The position numbers and the translations under genes were made by a program. This document shows positions 28,082 through 34,919 of a stretch of 34,919 nucleotides of DNA, in pieces (position 1 is the stretch's first letter; each line of letters opens with the position of its first letter). Under the pieces are notes generated by a model that worked only from the letters and a program-made list of their open reading frames with translations, searched no databases and was not told the origin of the DNA. The DNA is from a candidate division WOR-3 bacterium (GTDB lineage Bacteria > Hydrothermota > Tepidihabitantia > Tepidihabitantales > Tepidihabitantaceae), in contig CBFGIT010000026.1 in the NCBI GenBank assembly GCA_965648905.1, forward strand, positions 1 to 34,919, given 5' to 3'.

Positions 28082-28333
28082 CTAATGCTCCGGGTCTCTC
28101 TCCATGACGATGGCGTCCTCGCCGTTCGCGGAGTATCCCTTGCGCACGGAGGTCGTCATGAACCCCCGCTTGGCGTAGAACGTGCGGACGACGGTGTTCG
28201 ACAACCTGACCTCGAGGTACGTCGCCTCGGCACGGTGATTCAGGGCGAATGCAAGGACCTCGTCGATGAGTCGGTGCGCGGGATGCAGTCCCTGGCCTCA
28301 AGCGACGCGCTGTGGATGAGCGCCAATCCTCAC
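28082..28333 (-). pseudogene. rimI: RimI-like GNAT acetyltransferase pseudogene (C-terminal half)
   Basis: Manual translation: VRIGAHPQRVA*GQGLHPAHRLIDEVLAFALNHRAEATYLEVRLSNTVVRTFYAKRGFMTTSVRKGYSANGEDAIVMERDPEH*. In-frame TGA at 28298-28300; the N-terminal half is missing. Confidence 0.8.
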
Positions 28334-28393
28334 GAGCGGCCGCCGTATTCGGGCTTGATTCGTCATTCGGTCTTTGCCGTTCGCACTCCGCCG

Positions 28394-30406
28394 TCAGAAC
28401 TTTTTCTCCCAGAACCGGGCAATCCGCTCACGGATTCCCTCGGCGTCCAGGACGTACTCGGTCGCTTCAAGCGCCCTGCCGCCCTGCTGTTCCATTATCT
28501 GCTGCACGTCTTCGGGTAGGAACCGCGTGAGCTGGGCATAGCCATGGCTGTCGCCCATGGGCCAGCGTCGGTAGTAGTAGCGGAGCGGGTAGAGAACATA
28601 GAGCCAGTCTTTGGCCCGGGTCACAGCAACGTAGAACAGCCGTCGCTCTTCTTCGATGCCTTCGTCGTCTTCGGTTGCCATGTCTGAGGGAATCATGCCG
28701 TCGGCCGCGTGGATGACATAGACGACTTTCCACTCGCAGCCTTTGGCCGAGTGCATGGTCGAGAGCACAAGCCAATCCTCGTCTTTGTGCGGCGGGCCGG
28801 CCAAATCCGAGGTCGAGTTCGGCGGGTCCAGGGTCAGGTCGGCAAGGAAGTTCTGGCGCGAACGGTACCGGCGGGCTGCAACTTCAAGCTGTTCCAGGTC
28901 GCGCAGCCGCGGCTGGGGGTTGTCGTAGAGCCGCGGCACAAAGTCGGCATAGAAACTGCGCACACGCTCGACCTGGGCTGCAACCGGGATGCTCTTCTCT
29001 CCGTGCAGAGACTGAAGCATTTCGACCAGGGCGCAGTACTGCTCGCGGCAGGCCAGAGGCATCGGCATGTCGCCGAGCCGGGTAAGGTCGAAGTCCCTCG
29101 CTTCCAGCTCGTGTACGAACCGCTCGACCGTCTTGGGCCCGACGCCGTCGAGCATCTCCAAAACCCGATACCATGAGACGTCGTCGCGCGGGTTCTCAAG
29201 CACGCGCAGGAACGCCATCAGGTCTTTGACGTGTGCCGCTTCGAGGAACTTCAGTCCGCCGTACTTGTGGAACGGGATGTCGCGCCGGACCAGCTCGATT
29301 TCCAGTTGGTCAGAATGGTGCCCGGCGCGGAAGAGCACGGCCTGTTCCTGCAACCTGATGCCCTGCTCGCGGTGTTCGAGAATCTTCTCGCAGACAAGCT
29401 GGGTCTGCTCATCTTCGTCCCGGCAGACCAGAAGCAGCGGTTTCTGGTCACTCTTCCGGCCGGACCAGAGGTTCTTCGTGTACCGGTAACGGGCCGGCTT
29501 CATTACCGCGTTACCGACATCGAGAATCGGCTGGACCGAGCGGTGGTTCTCTTCGAGCGTGACGATGGTGGTGCCGGGGAACTGGTTCGGAAAGTCGAGG
29601 ATATTGCGAATCGTCGCAGCCCGGAAAGAGTAGATCGACTGGGCATCGTCACCGACTACGGTGATGTTCTTATTGTTCCGGCGCAATCGCTGGAGGATTT
29701 CAGCCTGAATGACATTGGTGTCCTGGTACTCGTCCACAAGGATGTGCTCGAACCGCGCGCCGACCAGCTCAGCCAGAGATGGCTGCTCAAGCATCTGGTT
29801 CCAGAAAAGCAGCAGGTCGTCGAAGTCAAGGACCTGGCGCTCGGACTTGCGTCTGGTGTACTCGTCGAAAATCTGGCGCAGGCCAGCCTCGGCATGGAGG
29901 CACCATGGGTATTCCCGTTTCAAGACCCGCTCCAGCGGCTCGCGCGAGTTGACCACCCGCGAGTAGATGGCGCGGATTGTGACCTTGCGCGGAAACCGCT
30001 TCTGCTTTGAGTCGAGCCCGAGACGGTTACGGATGACCCCGAGCATGTCGGCTGAGTCGAGCTCGTCCAGGACCGTGAAGTCCGGAGAAAGCCCGACCTG
30101 CCGGCCGTATATTCGGAGCAGCCGGTTGGCCATGGCGTGGAACGTACCGCCCCAGACCTTGCCGGTCGAGTGCCGGCACGCGTGCTGGGCGCGGGTGAGC
30201 ATCTCCTGCGCGGCCCGGCGTGTGAACGTGAGGAGCAGGATGCGCTCTGCCGGCACACCCTGATGAATGAGCCAGGCAACCCGATAGGCAAGGGTATTGG
30301 TCTTGCCCGTGCCGGCGCCGGCAATGATGAGCAGCGGACCAGACCCGTGCATCACCGCCTGCTGCTGCGGCGGGTTGAGCCGGCTGAGCCAGGACGGAGT
30401 GTCCAC
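28394..30406 (-). CDS. UvrD/PcrA/Rep-family SF1 ATP-dependent DNA helicase
   Basis: LNPPQ, IAGAGTGKT, LLTFT, VDEYQD, VGDDAQSIYSFRAA, LEENHRS, STMHSAKGCEW and EERRLFYVAVTRAK. Start likely GTG 30406, with TATACT 6 nt upstream; track gives 30433. Confidence 0.95.
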   Translation of the reverse strand: MDTPSWLSRLNPPQQQAVMHGSGPLLIIAGAGTGKTNTLAYRVAWLIHQGVPAERILLLTFTRRAAQEMLTRAQHACRHSTGKVWGGTFHAMANRLLRIYGRQVGLSPDFTVLDELDSADMLGVIRNRLGLDSKQKRFPRKVTIRAIYSRVVNSREPLERVLKREYPWCLHAEAGLRQIFDEYTRRKSERQVLDFDDLLLFWNQMLEQPSLAELVGARFEHILVDEYQDTNVIQAEILQRLRRNNKNITVVGDDAQSIYSFRAATIRNILDFPNQFPGTTIVTLEENHRSVQPILDVGNAVMKPARYRYTKNLWSGRKSDQKPLLLVCRDEDEQTQLVCEKILEHREQGIRLQEQAVLFRAGHHSDQLEIELVRRDIPFHKYGGLKFLEAAHVKDLMAFLRVLENPRDDVSWYRVLEMLDGVGPKTVERFVHELEARDFDLTRLGDMPMPLACREQYCALVEMLQSLHGEKSIPVAAQVERVRSFYADFVPRLYDNPQPRLRDLEQLEVAARRYRSRQNFLADLTLDPPNSTSDLAGPPHKDEDWLVLSTMHSAKGCEWKVVYVIHAADGMIPSDMATEDDEGIEEERRLFYVAVTRAKDWLYVLYPLRYYYRRWPMGDSHGYAQLTRFLPEDVQQIMEQQGGRALEATEYVLDAEGIRERIARFWEKKF

Positions 30407-30465
30407 AAGGCAAGTATACTCACGACCCGACATGAATAGAAGCTCTGCACCCCGGATTCGAAAGA

Positions 30466-30497
30466 AGGCCGGGCGCAGAACCTGCCGCGCCCGGCCT
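30466..30497 (-). terminator. Intrinsic terminator after the FG-GAP/Kelch gene
   Basis: 11-bp stem AGGCCGGGCGC/GCGCCCGGCCT followed on the minus strand by TCTTT. Confidence 0.75.
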
Positions 30498-30523
30498 CTT
30501 GCCTGTCTGGATTCGACAGATTC

Positions 30524-33500
30524 CTAGCGCTGAACCACGAGCTTCTCGGCCGCGGTCATGCCTCCGGCAGTCAACTGCACGATGTAGACCCCGGCGCGGA
30601 ACGAGTGCAGGTCGAGCGTGTGCTGCAATGCCCTGGTTTCAAGCGTGGATTGCTGCACGCACCGGCCAGTCGCGTCAAAGACGCGAACCAGCACCGGCCC
30701 GACCGACCCGGCCCGGCTGAACCTGACCGTGGCAAGGCCTGCCCGCACCGGATTGGGAAATACCGAGAGCCGGCAGTCAAAGACCGACGCAATGGCGGCG
30801 CTGACTCCGTCGCGGTTCAATGACCTGGTCATCCGGGCTGCCGACGGATAGGGTACGTACTTCCAGAACTCGTTCGTCTTGTTGCCTTTGAGCGCGTAGA
30901 GCACGCCAGGCGTGGCCGCGACCAGGTCAGCCCCGGCCTTGACCTTCTTCTTCTTGAGCGTTGACCCGAACGAAGGCATCGTATCGAGTTCGTTCCATGA
31001 GTCGCTCTCCGGCAGGTACTGCCAGAACTCCTGAGTGTTGCCGCCTTTGAGCGCATAGAGCGAGTCGGTGAGCCAGGCACCGCTGCCGCCGTCTTTGGAC
31101 TTCTTCTTTCGGCCGAGCCGGCCCATGAGCGGTACGCCCGACCGTAAGGACTGCCACGAGCCGGTCGCGACGTCGTAGGCGGACAGCTCGTTGTACTTGG
31201 CCTTGTGGCAGTAGATGCGGCCTGTCCGGTCGGAAGCAAGCCACGAACCCTTGTCGTACTTGTCCCGGCCCGAGCGGCCGAGCGGCGCCGGATTCAGGAA
31301 CATCCAGGTGTCGGCTGCGGCGTCGTACTTCAGAAACTCGTTCCGGCAGCCTTTCAGCAGGTAGATGACGCCGTCGTGGCAGACAATGTCCGAGCCACCC
31401 TTGACTTTCTTGTTCGATGCACCGAGCGGGATATCGGCCTTCTCGTGCCAGGAGTCCAGAGCCGGGTCGTACATCCAGAACCCGGCGGTGTTGTTGCCCT
31501 TGACCGCAAAGATCCGGCCTTCCGGGTCGGCACAGCCAACCGCGCCCTTGCCCGGCTTCTTCGCTTCCCGACCGTCCGGCCAGTTGGCCAGTATCTTCCA
31601 GGAGTCGGTCACCGAGTTGTAGGCATAGAAGTCAGTTTGCTTGTTGCCCTTGGCCGCGTAGATCCGGCCGTCGGCCGCAGAGTACGCGAGCCAGCCGCCG
31701 TCCTTGACAACCTTGCCTGATGGGTCGGCCGGCAACCGGGCCCGCTCAATCCAGCCGTAACGGCCTGAGTAGCCTGTCACCTCAAATTGTCCGGCAACAA
31801 CGTCGTTGGCATGGTTGGCATCGAGCGCCAGCCAGGTCGAGCACTGGGTCGAGTAGCAGCCGGGCTGGTGCGGAGCCGGCCAGACCGGGAGCAGTACAAG
31901 CGTCGACTCGCCGGACCCAAGACCCGCGACCGCGGCTGAGTCGTAGTAAGCCCTGCCGCTGGTTGAGCTGATGCTGAACCAGACCTGGAAGCTGGCCGGA
32001 TTGCTGCCGAAGTTACGCACCACTGCGGCCGGAAGCACGGTCTGCGTGTCGAGCGTGCCTTGGGGCCAGGCGATACGGACAACTCCTACATCAATCGTGC
32101 TGACCGTGAAATCCTGACGCGCAACGTTGTTGGCCGGCACCTCGTCGGTCGCCATCCAGGTCGAACAGCGTGCCTGATAGGACCCTGGAGTCGCATTCCA
32201 GGTCCGGAAACTCAGGCTCGTATCGGCAAACGGCAACCCTGCCGGCAGCAGCACGCTGTCTCGGTACGGAGGTGTGGAGTTGATGTCGAAGTAGACTCGC
32301 ACCGGGTCGCGCAGCACGCCGAAGTTGCGTACGACCGCAGCCGGGAAAACAGGCCCGGGTGGAGCTGCTCCGGCCGGCGTCGTGATTTCGACCACACCGA
32401 CATCACGGGGAACCGGCGCGTGGATAACCCAGACATCGTGCAGGGCCGCCGGCAGACTGGGTTGAGCATCGTTATCTCCGCCCAGCGACACCCGGTATTG
32501 GAAGTAGCGGTCACCGAGCGTGGTATGGGGAAGGATATTGACGCTGTCGATATTCTTCAGGCTGCTCATCGAGAATGGTCCCTGCCAGGTCTTGAGCGTA
32601 CACTGGGCCGGGGTCGCGCCGGTCCGGACATAGAGCCTGACCCAGCCGCCCGCCGGACAGGTGCCGTTCCACTTCAGCCATTGCCAGCAGGACGGCACAC
32701 CGGCGTCAAGCACCGACGAGACCAGCCAGGCGTTCCGCGAATAGTCGGTCACGAGTCCGTTCTCCCACCAGTGGAACGTGCCCGAACCCGAAGCCATGAT
32801 GTCCCGGGTGATTTTGGTTCCGTCCGGCCGCTCACAGAGGTTTTCGACCTCGACCCAGTGGCAGCCACCACTGCCGCCATACGAGGAATCGACCCGGACC
32901 AGGGTGAACGTATTGTACGGATATTGGTGGAAGTAGCCGATTGCCGAGTAGCCGCCGACCACATCGACACAGCCGTCAAGGTCCATGTCTTCGGCAATGG
33001 CCGCATCGCCATTGGCATGGGCAACATTGCCGGTGCAGACCGTGTGCCGGGTATAGTTGACGCCGGTGCCGTCGTTCTGGTACCAGTAGATGGCATAGGT
33101 CGAGGGCGAGCCCCAGACCCGGCAGAGCAGGAGGTCTTTGGCCCGGTTCTGGTAGGAGTCGAAGTCAGTTATCCAGATGCCGTCCACCTCGCTCGCGGCA
33201 AACCCGGACTGCCATGACGGCGTGGTCGGGAACACTGTTGGAAAGCTTGGCCCCCGATTAAGAAAGACCCAATCGGCCTGAAGCAGGTCAAGGTATCCGT
33301 CGCCGTTCAGGTCGCCGAGCTTGGCCCGGTAGCGCCGACCCGCGTAGATGTCTTCGCGGGTGAAGGTGCCGTTGCCCGCGTTGCGCCAGAGCACGACCGG
33401 CCTCATGCCGTTGACGATGTCCATATCGCCGTCGTTGTCCACGTCGCCGACGTCGCAGAAGTTGGTATCGCCAAGATGGTCCACGAACCCGACGAATCGC

Positions 33501-34006
33501 CGGGTGAAACTCCAGTTGCCGTTGTTCTCAAACCAGAACATCGAGTCGCCGGGCACAACGATGTCCGGCCGCGAGTCGTGGTTGAAATCGCCGACCCAAG
33601 TCAGGCAGTACTTGCGCACGTCCACCGCGAGGTCTGTCTGGCGAACAAAGCTCGGGGCCCCGGTCTCGACCAGTTGATTGCGGTATATTCGGATGCAGTT
33701 CAGGCCGTCGATGGCGCCGGCCAGATCAAAGTCGCCGTCGCCGTCAAAGTCTGCGGGCCGCAGCGCACCGTGGCCGTCGATGGCGCTGTTGTCCTCAACC
33801 ACGTGCTCAATCCAACTGGTCACCGCGCCGTGGCTGCGGGACATGGTGATAATCCGGCCGACCGAGTTGTAGACGACACTGTCGGACCAAAAGAACGAAT
33901 TGCCAAACTCGGACACCGGGCCGGCAACTCCAGGCCCGCCCGACCAGTCGGTCTGATTGCTCGTGACCTGAAACACCAACCAGACACACATCAGGACAGA
34001 AGTCAT
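30524..34006 (-). CDS. Secreted FG-GAP/VCBS-repeat, CARDB-like and Kelch-like beta-propeller protein with T9SS-type C-terminal domain
   Basis: DFDGDGDFD, DVDNDGDMD and DLNGDGYLD repeats; two DVGVV..I..P...PAAVVRNFG units; six KG(N/G)xT..FWxY-like blades; VFPNP...GVYIVQL...EKLVVQR. Confidence 0.9.
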   Translation of the reverse strand: MTSVLMCVWLVFQVTSNQTDWSGGPGVAGPVSEFGNSFFWSDSVVYNSVGRIITMSRSHGAVTSWIEHVVEDNSAIDGHGALRPADFDGDGDFDLAGAIDGLNCIRIYRNQLVETGAPSFVRQTDLAVDVRKYCLTWVGDFNHDSRPDIVVPGDSMFWFENNGNWSFTRRFVGFVDHLGDTNFCDVGDVDNDGDMDIVNGMRPVVLWRNAGNGTFTREDIYAGRRYRAKLGDLNGDGYLDLLQADWVFLNRGPSFPTVFPTTPSWQSGFAASEVDGIWITDFDSYQNRAKDLLLCRVWGSPSTYAIYWYQNDGTGVNYTRHTVCTGNVAHANGDAAIAEDMDLDGCVDVVGGYSAIGYFHQYPYNTFTLVRVDSSYGGSGGCHWVEVENLCERPDGTKITRDIMASGSGTFHWWENGLVTDYSRNAWLVSSVLDAGVPSCWQWLKWNGTCPAGGWVRLYVRTGATPAQCTLKTWQGPFSMSSLKNIDSVNILPHTTLGDRYFQYRVSLGGDNDAQPSLPAALHDVWVIHAPVPRDVGVVEITTPAGAAPPGPVFPAAVVRNFGVLRDPVRVYFDINSTPPYRDSVLLPAGLPFADTSLSFRTWNATPGSYQARCSTWMATDEVPANNVARQDFTVSTIDVGVVRIAWPQGTLDTQTVLPAAVVRNFGSNPASFQVWFSISSTSGRAYYDSAAVAGLGSGESTLVLLPVWPAPHQPGCYSTQCSTWLALDANHANDVVAGQFEVTGYSGRYGWIERARLPADPSGKVVKDGGWLAYSAADGRIYAAKGNKQTDFYAYNSVTDSWKILANWPDGREAKKPGKGAVGCADPEGRIFAVKGNNTAGFWMYDPALDSWHEKADIPLGASNKKVKGGSDIVCHDGVIYLLKGCRNEFLKYDAAADTWMFLNPAPLGRSGRDKYDKGSWLASDRTGRIYCHKAKYNELSAYDVATGSWQSLRSGVPLMGRLGRKKKSKDGGSGAWLTDSLYALKGGNTQEFWQYLPESDSWNELDTMPSFGSTLKKKKVKAGADLVAATPGVLYALKGNKTNEFWKYVPYPSAARMTRSLNRDGVSAAIASVFDCRLSVFPNPVRAGLATVRFSRAGSVGPVLVRVFDATGRCVQQSTLETRALQHTLDLHSFRAGVYIVQLTAGGMTAAEKLVVQR

Positions 34007-34022
34007 TGTTCACCCCTCTCAT

Positions 34023-34344
34023 TGCTCCGCTCTGGAGCAGCTTACATACCTCATTGCGGCAGGCGCCACCCAAGACTCCTGCCGCACTCCTTATAGAACA
34101 GCGTCGGCAGGCCGTACGGTGCCGACAACTAACCGCGCCCTTCGGCGCAGCCAGACCAATGCCTTTGGGTCGTTGAATCGCCGGAGCAGAGACGCGCTCC
34201 GGCGCGGAAGCTACTGACCTGTCTACCTGGTCATGTATCATCCCGGGCAGACAGAGCGTAGTCTGTTTGCCCTCATCCCGTTCCCGGTGGCTCCGGGCTC
34301 CCCCAGTTCTTGCAGCAGAGCGTCCGCCTGGAATCTCCGCCAGC
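34023..34344 (-). ncRNA. Candidate highly structured 5' leader or ncRNA (about ten consecutive hairpins)
   Basis: Tandem stem-loops between a near-consensus promoter and the ATG at 34006. Several stems extend with G-U pairs only on the minus strand. Confidence 0.5.
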
Positions 34345-34350
34345 ACTAAT

Positions 34351-34379
34351 ATTATACCTCAGCAGCGTCGGGGATTCAA
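34351..34379 (-). promoter_or_regulatory. Near-consensus sigma70 promoter pointing to the FG-GAP gene
   Basis: Minus strand TTGAAT-17 bp-TATAAT. Confidence 0.8.
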
Positions 34380-34386
34380 GTCTGCG

Positions 34387-34919
34387 CGTTGCCTCAGAAA
34401 TAATCTACCCGAGACCGCCCCGTTGCCTCAGGCCGTTTGTTCGTCACGGTCGCGTCAACAATAGCAGCTACCCAGGCGATTCGTATACTGTCATCGTTAC
34501 CGAAAGGAGAATCGCCCGTGGTGGCTGCAATACCAGATGGAGTCTACTCGATGAAGACTAAAGAGTCCATCGTCCTGGCCAATGCTCCGAAGTTTCGGTC
34601 CGGTGATCGAAAGCTTAAGTCCCAGCTCCTCGATGAACTGACCCACATCCTCAAGCTCAACCGGAAGTACCTCGCTCTGCTCCTCCGTAACGCCGGCCGC
34701 CGCATCTCCACACCCGATGGCACAACGGTTATCGCTGACCCCAATCTCTCACTCACCTCGCACCGGGGCCGCAAGAAGTGCTACTCGACAAGCCTCGTCC
34801 CACCGCTGCTCGTACTCTGGAAACTGGCCCGCTGCGTCTCTTCACGCCACCTCGTCGCCTTCGTCCGACTCAACCACCAGCAGCTCTTCCTCCACCCCAA
34901 GCTCCGTAACCTCCCACCC
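34387..34919 (+). mobile_element. ISNCY-like insertion sequence, left part (truncated by window end)
   Basis: Putative end CGTTGCCTCAGAAATAATCTACCCGA, with an internal second CGTTGCCTCAG at 34421-34431, upstream of a transposase N-terminus. Confidence 0.7.
34518..34919 (+). CDS. ISNCY-like (rve/DDE integrase-type) transposase, N-terminal part (partial; not in ORF track)
   Basis: SD AAAGGAG then GTG 34518: ...MKTKESIV...KSQLLDELTHILKLNRKYLALLL...RGRKKCY...LLVLWK...SSRHL. This matches the K..ILDE.......RKYA..LL...R...Y....L..IW pattern. Confidence 0.75.
   Translation, partial: MVAAIPDGVYSMKTKESIVLANAPKFRSGDRKLKSQLLDELTHILKLNRKYLALLLRNAGRRISTPDGTTVIADPNLSLTSHRGRKKCYSTSLVPPLLVLWKLARCVSSRHLVAFVRLNHQQLFLHPKLRNLPP

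Noticed and set aside
28298..28300. In-frame TGA as selenocysteine or recoding
   Set aside because: The position is not a Cys site, the gene is also 5'-truncated, and TGA is used as a normal stop throughout the window.
27932..28519. 195-aa plus-strand ORF and 89-aa minus-strand ORF (28032-28301)
   Set aside because: They are antisense and off-frame shadows of the rimI-like pseudogene and the helicase end.
10046..33217. Many long antisense or alternate-frame ORFs over ppdK, C25, ABC, carB, helicase and FG-GAP genes
   Set aside because: Expected shadows of GC-rich codon usage, with no independent motifs.
33807..34346. 179-aa minus-strand ORF starting at the predicted TSS
   Set aside because: It overlaps the FG-GAP gene out of frame by 200 bp and has no recognisable features. 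A leaderless uORF role cannot be fully excluded.

Overview
GC-rich bacterial window. A WOR-3/FCB-associated lineage is inferred from two large secreted proteins with T9SS-type C-terminal sorting domains; this is not verified. Each end carries a truncated insertion sequence: an IS256-family element on the left and an ISNCY-like element on the right. The left ~4 kb is accessory: the IS cuts into a probable TIR-domain gene remnant, followed by a TPR gene and an AAA+/DUF4143 gene bracketed by a 57-bp direct repeat. The core carries tldE/tldD, tRNA-Gly(CCC), nth, ppdK-pckA-ndk, a C25 gingipain-like protease, a NatAB-like ABC exporter, a CpXC protein, a TMTC-like glycosyltransferase, carA/carB, a rimI-like pseudogene missed by the ORF track, a UvrD/PcrA helicase and an FG-GAP/Kelch secreted protein. 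The main non-annotated signals are: a ~340-nt leader with about ten consecutive hairpins behind a near-consensus promoter; a 45-bp REP-like palindrome inserted in frame in carA, with related intergenic copies; the 57-bp direct repeat that supplies the C-terminus of the AAA gene; several apparently leaderless genes; and heptamer and 12/24-bp degenerate repeats. No CRISPR array, rRNA or complete known defence system was seen. All family calls come from motif recognition by eye, without database searches.
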